The notes under the pieces: model-generated
What the model saw: only the letters and a program-made list of their open reading frames with translations
The model's database searches: none
What the model was told of the DNA's origin: nothing
Source: Nemertoderma westbladi
Lineage: Eukaryota; Animalia; Xenacoelomorpha
Assembly (NCBI GenBank): GCA_032718475.1
Contig: JAUCBJ010008204.1
Coordinates: forward strand, 37,173-101,172
Reading direction: 5' to 3'
DNA length: 64,000 bases
Position numbers and translations under genes: made by a program
In this document: positions 24,702 to 37,488 of the stretch, piece after piece
How the letters are laid out: each line of letters opens with the position of its first letter
Numbering within the stretch: position 1 is the stretch's first letter

Positions 24702-25409
24702 GGTAAAACGAACTTAGATCCTGCAAGGCCTGACTTTGATGAACTTAGATCTTTCCGAACTTAGGTCTATCTATCTGGGCGAACTTAGATCATAACTAGG
24801 TGAACTTAGATCCTAACTAGGTGAACTTAGATCCCAATTTATGCTATTAAAAGCCTTTTGGTAATCATCTCCTAGTCGCGAAGCGAACTTAAATCCCACG
24901 TTGAAAGCAAAGCGAACTTAGATATTAGGTGGACTTATAGATCCAAATTTATGCAAATTCCTTGGCACACGCTAGAGGAGAAGCGAACTTAGATCCCACT
25001 GTCATACTACTGTCATACACATCAAAGTAGTTGCGATCAGTGAATCACCAACAAACTATAATTTGCTAATTAATAGCTAATTCATTGCAATCTATTGGGG
25101 GTGGGATCTAAGTTCGCTTCCCTTCAAGCGTGATAATATTTACATTACAGTAAGGTCTGCTGGCCTACAGTATGGGAATGACATTTCACATTAACACAGC
25201 TACGGTACAGCAATGTATGCAATATATGCGAGATCTAAGTTTCGTACATGTTGAGGATCTAAGTTCGTATGGGAAGGATCTAAGTTCGTATGGGAAGGAT
25301 CTAAGTTCGTATGGTAAGGATCTATGTTCGTCTGGTAAGGATCTATGTTCACCCAAGATCTAAGTTCGTTCAGGATCTAAGGTGCTCTAGGATCTAAAGC
25401 CGAGGAACC
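24702..25409. mobile_element. Non-autonomous TIR element with 9-bp TSD (Merlin- or MULE-like)
   Basis: GGT...ACC termini; perfect TSD TAAAAAAAT (24693-24701, 25410-25418); many GAACTTAGATC repeats on the left arm and GATCTAAGTTC repeats on the right arm. Confidence 0.75.
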
Positions 25410-25827
25410 TAAAAAAATGTATACTTTGCCTATACAGCTATGTATATCTGTACCCTGCAGCACCGTCTGTACAACTGTATGTACACAGCTGTATACTGAT
25501 GTAAATGTGCAATGTAATGTATACACCTGTCAGCCTGTATACTTACCTGCTTCAGGGCAGCAGTGGTTACTGCTGTCAGGCTGTAGGCCTACTCTACTGG
25601 TAAAACAGTATAAGATAAGACAGTAAGATAACCTCTTACAGTCTTACCTTACAGTCTTATGCCCTATCTCTGTACTGTATCTATCTGCCTATGACAGTCT
25701 GCAGTCTGACCGGTGGTAGGGCTTACTACGGACGGCCTACTCTAAATCATAAAACGTCAACCATCAACGGCTGAATATTTTGAAAGAATAACCCTGTAAC
25801 CATCATTTTATTTTGATATTTCCGATA

Positions 25828-28800
25828 ATGAACGCTGTAGATTCGGACTGGGAGGAGCTAGAGAAGCACAACCGAACTATCGAAGACAATCTCAGGAAGT
25901 ATTGGGAGCTCGTGGAGGATGTACAAAAGAACCAGAATCAACTTCGTGTTGAGATAAATGGACAACGAAAGAGACTGCAGAAGTACACGGATTTGATTAA
26001 GGTTAGTACTTCAGTACTGTACGTTACGGTAAGTTCATTTCAGAAGTTGATTGGTAGGCCTAGCTGAGTTACCGAGAAAGATGTAGAAACATCAGACAGA
26101 GATACGTCAGTAGGTAGTGTAGTCGTAGCTCGTAGCGTAGTGTAGGTCTATAACTGCTATCTGCTGACCTGTATACTAGCGAAGCGAACTATGTCGATTA
26201 AGTTCTGAAGTTAGCCTATATATCTTCTCAAAACTTTGACGTATGTTTTTCATAATTAAATAACTTAATAATTAGGTGTAGTTCTGCTCTGCGCACTTGT
26301 GTCAAATAGGGCAGTAGGGGACCCTCCCAATCCATAATCTGCTAATCCTGAAATCACCTAAACTGAAGTAACTTGGGACTTGGGGACTCACTAGTGCCGG
26401 TTAGTAAAGCAGTAAAGGAGCAGGTTACAGAGGCGAGTTGAAAGGAACCAAAACAATAAACGAAAGTTAGGAATATAGTTATCACACCTGCTAAATTTAA
26501 GGATTAGCATGTGATTTAGGATTAGAGATTACAGGATTAGGGCGGTCCCCTATTTGACACAAGTGCCGTAGTTAATCTGTTTAAAAATCTAAACTATAAA
26601 TTAAAGTATCTTTATCTCTGTATCCACTCATGCTATTTAAGCCTCGCCAATATATTTGTTTGTTTTACAGAACGAGGCTAAACAAGGGAAATCGGTGGAA
26701 AATAGTGTGAAGCAGTTAAAAATCCGCGCGAAACAGAAGAGCTTGGAAGAAGTCGAGATATGGCTTCCTAAGGACAACGGGAGGTAAACCTTATTACGTC
26801 AACTCAAACTAATGCATTAATGGTGCCCGAATCGGGATCTTTAACAGCTACCGCCTCGCTATAAAGTAGGGCTCTATCCTGTTTGAGTTTGGGGGCCTCC
26901 CGCCTTTTCAGAGTTCCGGTAGGCCGATACATCTGACTGTTGATTCTCAATAAGATTTGGTTTTATATTTGGTTTTCTATTCTACAACATTCCTTTCTCT
27001 CGTTTATTGTTTTGGTTCCTTTTAACTCGCCTCTGTAACCTGCTCCTTTACTAACCTGCCTGGTTTTGGAGGCCCCCAAACAGATCCCTAGAAACATAAT
27101 CCCTAAAGTAGATAAAACTCGTTTTGTTTCAGATTTGAGATTCTGACAGTTGGAGTTAGGTGTTGTTGACTGTTTTATTTTCATTAAATTCCGAAGGGAT
27201 AGACAGACACAAGACAGGCGGCTCTAATATTTTTTAGACTAAATTTTATATAAACTATCCTGAAAAATAATAGGGAAAATTGCAAGTAATTAATATGAAT
27301 GGAATCATTTTACTTATTATTATATTACTAGTTACTTACATTACTAGTGTATCCTTTGTCCTAGTGTATCCTTTGCCCTAGTGCATCCTTTTTCCTAGTG
27401 TATCATTTGTCCTAGTGTATCGTTTGTCCTAGTGTATCCTTTGTCCTAGTGTATCACTTGTCCTAGTGTATCATTTGTCCTAGTATATTCTTTGCTCTGG
27501 TATATTCTTTTCTCTACTGTATTCTTTTCTCTAGTGTACTCTTTGCTCTAGTGTATTCTTTGCTCTAGTGTATTCTTTGCTCTAGAGTATTCTTTGCTCT
27601 AGTGTATCATTTGCCCTAGAGTATCATTTGTCTAGCTAGAGTACCAATTTACCCATCAGGTTGTTACATCACATCATGTTGATACAGTTCACTGCCTGTG
27701 ATACACTAATTTTTCAGGATACTTGGTACCATTCTCGGTCCGGTTGATATATCCCTGAATACGAGATCCGATAAGTTTCGATATAAATCGAACTACGAGA
27801 GATTTAAACTAACGGTGATGATGTTAAACACGGTATTGGCCATGACCAATCTATGTATCGGAAGTGTGCGGGTGTTGGACGCCTTGCTGAACTATCTGTT
27901 AGGTAAGAACAACGTTCTGTCAGGCATTATTATTTGGTAGTAAGTAATCTTGTACCTGTAGCCTCCTACACCATTGAACGTTTGTTTCAGTTTGGTACTA
28001 TTGTACTTTGACTATCAGGGAACACATACTGATCGTGAACGGGTCTCGCATTAAGAGATGGTGGATCCTTCATCATTATATATCGATATTTCTATCCGGA
28101 ATTCTATTGATTTGGCCGGATTCAGTTTCTTATCAAATGTTTCGGAAGCAATTCCTTATATTCTGTGTATACAACAGGTTAGATAAAGAAAGCATCTATT
28201 TTACTATAATAATTATTATCTTTATAGTTCTGTGTGATGCAGGTCAATAGAGGGTGCAAATATTCTAAGCATGTAAGTGCAGTTTATTTTATTGTTTGAC
28301 ATATAATTATTGTTGGACAGCTTCTAGTATATCGAATATATCTCAGTAGTCAGTAGACCATAGAGGGCGATAATTTATTATAGTAGACAGTAATAGAACC
28401 CCAGGAGACCAGGTCTTTGAATCTTATCGTATACAAATATTATAAAGAATGATTACAGAGGCATACTCGACGATGAGTGTATAGATATAATGTAGTTAAT
28501 AGGTTTAAACAGCTGTTATTCATTTACAGTTGTGTCGCGGTCCTACAGTTCTACTACCAGAACGGATCTCTCTACAGACTCCGGGCTCTCGGACAGTCAT
28601 CCACTATGGCCCTAACCGTTGAAGGTTTCCAGTCCTGGATGTGGAGAGGATTGTCTTTCCTTCTACCATTCCTATTTGCCGGTTACGCTTTTATGGTTAG
28701 TATCGATAGTAACCAGGTTCGAGGGACAGTAGACTGATCAATATTTTAGGATATCATGTAATAAAACATTATGATAAATTATAATAAAAATATCAGCCGT

Positions 28801-31048
28801 CCCGACCCTACTAGGGCTAGAACCCGGGACAACTGAGCTACCAGGACGGATGAATAATTTATTCGCTATGGAGTGGGCTATCATATTTGGCCTTTAACTA
28901 ATCACTCAAAGGTAAGTACAATGCTCAATGCTATTCCCGTGCTCTGTCAGTGATGGCAACCATGCCTCAAAGAATAACTACAGTGTTTTAGAAAGCATTG
29001 TTATCCCGTATGCCAGGCCCAGGCTGATAATAATAAATTAATTGCTGTGGGGTGAATACAAACTCCACATCAGGCAAAAACAAATGCAATATGCGAAACA
29101 CTCAGAAGATAAACTCGTCAGAAGAGGCCGAAACTAATCCATACAGTCTAATGGTCCAAGAAAGGTAAATCACAAACCAGCTGCCCGACAAGTGGGAGGA
29201 CCACTTCACCCACCTCGGAAAACGAATGGAGGATTATGATCAATTCACTGAACTTGCCAATGAATACATAAGTAAACGATGACAATGATAAATCAGCCAT
29301 TTACTGAAGAACTTCAGGGATGACTGTAGAAAGGCGAAAGGGTCTATTTACTGAAGAGGAAGTCAAACGGTAAATCAGGCGGACCAGACCATGTACCCTA
29401 CGAGTGGCTAAAGCATCTCTCCTGTTTAACCTACTCTTTCTAACATCGTTATTCAACGCATGTCTGTCAACTGGAAACTGGAAAAATAGTCTAATGAAGG
29501 TCATTTTTAAAGGTAAGGCATCACGGTTGGACCCAGACGCTTACAGAGGAATTGGTCTTATCTGCAACTTATACAAAATACTAACAGGATTCATAGAAAC
29601 TCGTTTGAGGAAACTACCTTGTAAAATTCCACTGAGCAATTCGGGTTCATGCCGGGGTCATCGACTATGACTCCACTATAGCCCAACTGATAAAATAATC
29701 TTTCATAGACTTCAGAAAAGCATTTGATACCGTTCCAAGATTTAAACTGCTTTCTAAATTAAGAAACACATTCCATATCCGAGGAAACTTGTTAAATCTC
29801 ATCATATATCTCATCATATCTGTTGTTGTATCTTATCTTGAATGCTCCATGTAAGTATCTGCCTAACCCTAAGATGACGTCAAGATTCTTACTTGATAAC
29901 AAACGACGAAATTTATTTATTGACGGACAGATGACGAATCTGCTATGCAGGAAACGACTCCGTATCCCACTGTACGCGTTACAAACGAGAAGAAAATGGA
30001 ATTCGTCTTCTACTAGACCTCTATCACATATCGGACATAACCTCTGGTTCCTTGGTATGTCGTACCACCGTCCAGTTTCTATCATTAATTCATGGGAGAA
30101 ACAGCGAAACCTAGCTAACAGCCGTCGAAAAGAAATATGACCTGCAAGTCCATCCAGATAATACTCGCTAGAGAAAGTTTCCTTGACATATAGCTAGCTG
30201 TCCTTCTAAGAATCACGGATAAATCCCCACCAGGTCTGATTAAATTGATCCTGTAACCTTAATTTAATTTCTAGGATAATTGCATTCTTGTTGTCAATAC
30301 AATTGCTCTGGTCATTCCATAACCATGAGAACCCCAAGGAATTAAGCGGACCCCTGACTGAAGCCGCCCAGCCCAACAACTCCCCGTACCTTCCACCGTT
30401 TTGTTGTATTTCTGTTTCGGTAACCTAGCCTCAGGCATTTTCTAGAGCTTAAACCAGTACCTAATGATCCGTAATTTCCAATTGATCACCAAAGGAAAGT
30501 ATCCAGTCTCACCATATGCCGTAAAATTAGCTGTTGACGATTTCACACCTAAGAAATGTTTAAGGAACTTAAAAACCAATCTATCATCCATAGCTATACA
30601 TTCGTTGAAACCCCATATCTCAGCACCGTAACATAAAATTGGCTTTATCAGTGCATCAAAAAGATGTTTGGCCAGCGAGAAATCAATAAACGGGAACTTT
30701 AGAAAATATTTAATTCAGACAAAGTAGGCCCTTTCCGCCTTCTCAGCTAGAGTTCTCCGAGCCAAGTTAAAAAACACCTATAAAAAACACCTATAAAATA
30801 TGTTTACGTTATTTTTACAATCCCTGTAATAAATATAACATTTTTTGCAGTTGTATAATTCCTACAGTTTATACCACATCTCCCAACACCCAGAATGCCA
30901 CGAATGGCAGGTACTCTGGCTATCTGTGATATTCTTCGTTTTATTTCTTGGTAACTTTGTAACTCTATTGAGAGTTATTGTGGCAAAGATAACTACCGAT
31001 AAGGCGGCGGCGAAACAACTCAGTAGACGTTACAGTATGTGTGACTGA
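25828..31048 (+). CDS. TMEM120: TMEM120 (TMPIT/TACAN family), 6 coding exons
   Basis: Manually spliced GT-AG exons 25828-26001, 26671-26783, 27718-27902, 27991-28177, 28530-28695, 30851-31048. Motifs [70 protein letters not shown]. Confidence 0.93.
26293..26566. mobile_element. MITE in TMEM120 intron 1
   Basis: TIRs GCACTTGTGTCAAATAGGG..GACC / GGTCCCCTATTTGACACAAGTGC; contains a reversed copy of the ~52-bp dispersed repeat. Confidence 0.7.
26821..26896 (-). pseudogene. Degenerate tRNA-like sequence ending in CCA
   Basis: 76 nt, GCCCCCA..CTCAAACAGGATAGAG...TTCGGGCACCA; partial acceptor, D and anticodon stems; T-arm degenerate. Confidence 0.4.
27343..27640. repeat. 17-bp minisatellite (CTAGTGTATCCTTTGTC)n, ~17 copies
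   Basis: Tandem units with drift, in TMEM120 intron 2. Confidence 0.9.
28792..28849 (-). mobile_element. Internally deleted tRNA-derived SINE head
   Basis: Minus strand CCGTCCTGGTAGCTCAGTTG-TCCCGGGTTCTAGCCC: juxtaposed A-box-like and B-box-like motifs. Confidence 0.4.
29080..29790 (+). mobile_element. LINE ORF2 (RT N-terminal part) fragment
   Basis: [11 protein letters not shown]...KVIFKGK...[19 protein letters not shown] and [13 protein letters not shown] motifs with frameshifts. Confidence 0.8.
29792..30770 (-). mobile_element. LINE ORF2 C-terminal fragment with CCHC zinc finger
   Basis: [18 protein letters not shown], and L.IETGRW...RLCPIC...[11 protein letters not shown]; abuts the plus-strand LINE fragment. 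Confidence 0.82.
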
Positions 31049-31349
31049 ATGACGTCATCATACTGCCGAGCCGTTGATTCTGCGAGAGAGAGAACAATGG
31101 TATAGTCATAGGAAATAGAAAGCTCTCATTCTAAGTGGTAAATCACTCGTCCCATTGCAATAGGTTGTCATTGTCATCATTTAATGATGAATCGTGTTAT
31201 TAACTTTCTGTTATTCTATATTATTGGTAATGACTACCGACTTGCTTAAGTTATAATTGAATCATCCACTATCACCAAGTAGGTGTGCTAGTCTCAGGAT
31301 TTAGTATGTTGATTCAACAGCTAGGGATGCCTTTTAGTAGCCTACTATA

Positions 31350-32418
31350 CGGCAGCTCCAAAATCAAAAACCCAGTATGTCAATTTGTTTCGAAATCGAT
31401 TTTTGGAGTTTTTGGGGGCGTCGAATTCATCTGACTCAGTTTCGAAACCTTAGAACTAACCGATTTCACAGTATTAACAATGAATTCATTAACTAATTAG
31501 CTAATTTAGAGCAAATACCACGTCGAAACACAGTAATGCTAGTTACTAGGTTTCGTTTATCCTTTCTGGTGTTATTATGAAAAAGTTACTCCATCAAAAC
31601 CCAGTATGTGCTCAAAAATCCCAAGATCCTACGCCAAAACCCAGTAACTGCACTTACTGGGTTTCGAGCAAAATTCTTTACTGGTTTTTCACCTGGTATT
31701 TTCTGAACAAAATTGAGTATCATTTCCGAAAGACAAATTGTCCAAGTCAAAACCCAGTATGTATATTATCTTTGTCAGATTTACCACGTCAAAACCCAGT
31801 AAACAGAGTTACTGGGTTTCCAGCAGTTTCAGATACTGGGTTTTGACGTGGGATTTCCCGAATGCAGATACTATGCCAAACCAAAACTCAGTAACTCCGG
31901 CAACGCTACAGACGTAGACAAGTAATTAAATGTTCTAGAATATTATATTCTAGAATGTTGCCTCTTTGTTTTCGCTAACCGTTGACGAAGGAAGTCAGAG
32001 TTACTGGGTTTTGGCGAAGGGACTTGTCAGTTACTTGGTTTTCGCATGGGAAAGGTAACTGATTGGAAAAGTTAAATGTTAGTTTACTGGGTTTTGGTGC
32101 GGGCAAATTAGTTACTGTGTACTGTAATGGGAATCATTACGTTACTGGGTATTGATGCATCAAAAGTCACAATTGTTTTCTTTACTACCATACCAAAACC
32201 GTGTAAGTCGATATATAAGAAAGGTAAGGAATAAATTTTAAAAAAGTTTTGGGCTTTTGGTACTAATATATATGTACAATTTGTAAAGGTACACAAAATT
32301 ATAAATCATCAAATTAAATTTCAACCAAATGCCAGCTGTTTAAAGTCCAAAAACTTTAAACGCGATTATCTCGAAAAGTCAGAAAATTTACTTACTGGGT
32401 TTTGGTTTGGAGCTGCCG
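31350..32418. mobile_element. TA-flanked non-autonomous TIR element with oriented subterminal repeats
   Basis: TA|CGGCAGCTCCAAA...TTTGGAGCTGCCG|TA; AAAACCCAGTA copies mostly in the left half and TACTGGGTTT copies mostly in the right half. Confidence 0.8.
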
Positions 32419-33370
32419 TATACCCATTGCAGTGTATAATTAATTGTAGATGTAATTTTTCAGTATTTTGGGTTAATGGTATAAAATATATTCACCACTA
32501 TATTTCAGACACTCACTACTCACACCCACCATTATTTATAATAAATATATCAATTTATTAATTGATTTTATCGTATATTTTGTTGTCTAGAACTCTTAAT
32601 CGCACCATCACTATAACTTACTTTACGTTACATTTCACCTGTTGTACCAGTTCTTCTAGTATAGTAAATACCAAATATCATGCCACGCTATATGTCTATA
32701 TAGCGTGGCCCGGGATTAGGGATTTTTACAGGAGCTACGCATGGCGGGGGCGGGGTTAGGGGATTGACACAAATACAATCTGGGGGATTCAACACGGTTA
32801 ATTACCAATTAAGCTAAAGTAACTGGATACATTGGCAGACTATTCTTCTATCTAACCAAAGCAATAAACTAGAGACACCATAATAGCGCATATGGGTTTC
32901 GGTTGAATTTTAGCCCTTAATTCCTGTTATTTGCGTATTTATTATCAAGCTCCCCCCCCCCCCCCCCCATGTTTTCCGATTATTTTTGTGACAGTTGTAG
33001 GCCTAGTTTAATGTAAGTTAAAATTATTATTATTATTATTATTGTTTATTAACAATTTAATTTAGCTATTTAATTAGAAAATAAAAATTCAGCCCGACGG
33101 CAAATCAACTGTAATAACGGTATTTAACAACGGTATTTAAGTATTTAACGGGCTGGTATTACCGAGATTTCCCTTGCTACCTAATTTATTATTGATATCT
33201 AAAAAAATTTTACATTTTACCTGACAATTAATTTATTTATAGTCCACCACCACATCTATGGCATCACAAATGGCTCAAAATCTAATATTTATACATTCAA
33301 TCAGTATACGCATTCAATCAGTTTTATTATTGAAATCAATCAGCTTACATTGAATTACAATTAAATATAA

Positions 33371-34908
33371 ATATTGAAATAAATTGAAATATATTGAAAT
33401 AAATTGAAATATATTGAAATAAATTGAAATAAATTGAAATATATTGAAATATATTGAAATAAATTGAAATAAATTGAAATATATTGAAATATATTGAAAT
33501 AAATTGAAATATATTGAAATATATTGAAATATATTGAAATAAATTGAAATAATATATTGAAATAAATTGAAATATATTGAAATAAATTGAAATATATTGA
33601 AATAAATTGAAATAAATTGAAATATATTGAAATATATTGAAATAAATTGAAATATATTGAAATAAATTGAAATAAATTGAAATATATTGAAATATATTGA
33701 AATAAATTGAAATAAATTGAAATATATTGAAATATATTGAAATAAATTGAAATATATTGAAATATATTGAAATATATTGAAATAAATTGAAATAATATAT
33801 TGAAATAAATTGAAATATATTGAAATAAATTGAAATATATTGAAATAAATTGAAATAAATTGAAATATATTGAAATAAATTGAAATAAATTGAAATATAT
33901 TGAAATAAATTGAAATAAATTGAAATATATTGAAATAAATTGAAATAAATTGAAATAAATTGAAATATATTGAAATATATTGAAATAAATTGAAATAAAT
34001 TGAAATATATTGAAATATATTGAAATAAATTGAAATAAATTGAAATATATTGAAATATATTGAAATAAATTGAAATATATTGAAATATATTGAAATATAT
34101 TGAAATAAATTGAAATATATTGAAATATATTGAAATATATTGAAATAAATTGAAATAATATATTGAAATAAATTGAAATATATTGAAATAAATTGAAATA
34201 TATTGAAATAAATTGAAATAAATTGAAATATATTGAAATATATTGAAATATATTGAAATAAATTGAAATATATTGAAATAAATTGAAATATATTGAAATA
34301 AATTGAAATATATTGAAATAAATTGAAATAAATTGAAATATATTGAAATAAATTGAAATAAATTGAAATATATTGAAATAAATTGAAATATATTGAAATA
34401 AATTGAAATAAATTGAAATATATTGAAATATATTGAAATAAATTGAAATAAATTGAAATATATTGAAATATATTGAAATAAATTGAAATATATTGAAATA
34501 TATTGAAATATATTGAAATAAATTGAAATAATATATTGAAATAAATTGAAATATATTGAAATAAATTGAAATATATTGAAATAAATTGAAATAAATTGAA
34601 ATATATTGAAATATATTGAAATATATTGAAATAAATTGAAATATATTGAAATAAATTGAAATATATTGAAATAAATTGAAATATATTGAAATAAATTGAA
34701 ATATATTGAAATAAATTGAAATATATTGAAATAAATTGAAATATATTGAAATAAATTGAAATATATTGAAATAAATTGAAATATATTGAAATAAATTGAA
34801 ATATATTGAAATAAATTGAAATATATTGAAATAAATTGAAATATATTGAAATAAATTGAAATATATTGAAATAAATTGAAATAAATTGAAATATATTGAA
34901 ATAAATTG
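33371..34908. repeat. 10-bp satellite (ATTGAAATAW)n, ~150 copies
   Basis: Two variants ATATTGAAAT and AAATTGAAAT, interspersed. Confidence 0.97.
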
Positions 34909-35355
34909 TATTATATTGCAATATTATTGTAACATAAATATTGCAATATATAATTCAAGATGAAATCAGCTGTTTACAGCCCGTCATCAGTTACCTAGGC
35001 AACCAGAGTGAAAAAATCGAAATCTCAGCTTTGGATACTGCTACGTGCAGGCCCATAGAGGCAATATGGGTACCCCTGGGGTAACAGTGTAATGCCATGG
35101 ATGTGTATGTCTGTATCGTATGTCTACAGCCATAAAGGCTAAGACAGCAAAGCAAGGAAGGCTAGTAGTAGCAAGGCCATCATAATACGGCCTTATTACA
35201 GCATATTACGATGAGTATTACGATGGTGTTGGTACTACACCATCGTGTTGGTACCTACACTTCAGTACTAGAAAGATTGCCTTGGCACTCTGGTTGCCTA
35301 GGTAACAACTGATTTGATTTGATGAAACAGCTGATTTCATCTTGAATTATATATT

Positions 35356-36392
35356 GGGTCGATTACGCAAAAAGTGGCCAAAATTGTGTCAGACGTAATT
35401 TCGCCATTCTATGAGCCATAACTCAGCAGAAAATAACCCAAACCATATAAACCTATATATACTTCTAAAGAGCGAATTTTCGCCCATTTTTTGGCATTGG
35501 TTTTAAGCAATTTCACATATATTTTCCTTGGATTACAAGCACGAAATGGACCGATGTCCGATGCTAAGTTTTTGAGATACAAACGATCATAACCAAATGT
35601 CAGTAAGAGATACTTCCAGTAAACTATATATCAGCTAAAAGCTTATTTCATGATCTACAATCCAGTACTAGTCGTTACTGGGGTACACTTCTTTATAGTT
35701 TTGTTTTTTGAGGAATGAAAAATGCTACATGTTCGTTTTTATAAATTTTTTAGGTGTTGAAACGCTCGTATTTGAAACATAACTTTTTATTGTGAAATGT
35801 GTTTGTTTCAAGGTAAGTATTTTCCGAAAGATAATTTTATTGGCTATAAGTCTAACATAAGTTATACCCAAAAGTTAACCAAGCAGTTTTTTAACGTCAT
35901 TGGAAATGCCCATCTTGTAACGCCCTTTTTTTTGCTCTAACTTTTCTTCCACAAATCGGATTTACTTAATGTAAAGTTTATTTATACCGCTTCTGAAAGC
36001 GCTATCTAATGATATACAAGGTCAAGCTTTCACGTTAACCTAATGAGATTGCTAAGCAGGCCCACAGTTTTCCTGCATGTAACGCATTGTAACGCTGTCT
36101 CACTTGTAAAGCATGCACAGAAAAATGTAACGCAAATAAACTGTCGTTAGACTTTTGTTACAGATGTAACGTAACGCATGTTTATGTTTAAACAAGGAAA
36201 TTTATAGAGACAAAACGTTACCGACGAGACATACGTTTTTCGCCCATAACGTTTTTACTATTGGTAGAAAAAATGAACCACTATGAAATTTGAAATCAGC
36301 ACGCTAAGGGCTTTCGAAATATGTATGATTTGATAAAATGACGAAAAAAAAATTTTAACCTTGAATTTGGCCACTTATTGTGCAATCGACCC
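35356..36392. mobile_element. Nested non-autonomous TIR element with 3-bp ATT TSD (PIF/Harbinger-group-like)
   Basis: ATT|GGGTCGATTACGCAAAAAGTGGCCAAA...TTTGGCCACTTATTGTGCAATCGACCC|ATT interrupts the right arm of the host element. Confidence 0.8.
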
Positions 36393-37488
36393 ATTGCAAT
36401 ATTTATGTTACAATAATATTGCAATATGTTTCAATTTATTTCAATATTTATATTGAATTGTAATTCAATGTAAGCTGATTGATTTCAATAATAAAACTGA
36501 TTGAATGCGTATACTGATTGAATGTATAAATATTAGATTTTGAGCCATTTGTGATGCCATACCACATCAAGTTTAACAGTAATGTAAATAATGTTCACCA
36601 AGTAACTTTTAGTTAATTATTATTTATTGTAATTAATTGAATGTTTTTATGCCACTTTAACTATTAGAGCGGCAACCCCCTTATTCAGTTTTATCTATAT
36701 TATTGTATTTATATTAATTCTTCGTTTTACGAGCTTCCCACTAAAATACTTCCTTCTATTAATTTTTTTCTGATATTATAAAATTGTATATTTTCTAAAT
36801 GAGAACACAGATTTTATAAATTCAACATTTTATAGTTTTCTGTTGATAAACTCTATAGTTAACAAACTATTATACCTTGTATTTCTGTGACTAATGTTGA
36901 CTATTATTCCGCGGATACTTTATTAATATTAAACCTAGTTTATAAGAATTAAACTATGGATGTAGTAAAGGAATGTTAAAATCTAATTATAATATTATAT
37001 TTGGTTGAACCGGCCATAAATAATAACCACTCCGATATACACAATAAACCTATGCTGTTATAAAATTCATAATAAAAATGTGTCAGTTTTTGTTCCAGAA
37101 TGAATTATTACTTTTAAAGATAAAGTGATGAACTTCAATTAAAATACTGCAGTATATTTATCATGGGAATGTGGCGATGAATTCGACTCTATGTTCATTT
37201 TTATTACTTCAGAAATGCAATCCAATAATCCTAAATGTGACATACAAACTGCGAGGTAAATAAAGTTAGAGTGTAAAAAGTCTTCAGTTCCGAGTATTTG
37301 TAGATTACGATCAGTGAAGTTATATAATTTAGGTCTTGTATTTATTGAGTCTTTCTTTATATTAGTGAATATATCCCAACAATTTATATGGGTCAAAAAC
37401 TATGGAAATGTTTTTAGTAAAATATCCATTTGTGTTTTACGTGGATTTCAATTCATAGGCTTAACTTAATTGCCAACTTAAGACTTTA

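Larger units (their letters stand above)
33257..36561. mobile_element. Foldback/long-TIR element with 7-bp TSD, containing a satellite and a nested element
   Basis: Near-perfect long inverted arms TATGGCATCACAAATGGCTCAAAATC... / ...GATTTTGAGCCATTTGTGATGCCATA; CCACATC on both flanks (33250-56, 36562-68). Confidence 0.88.

Noticed and set aside
33314-34921. 535-aa ORF of repeating FQYISIYFNI
   Set aside because: Translation of the stop-free 10-bp satellite.
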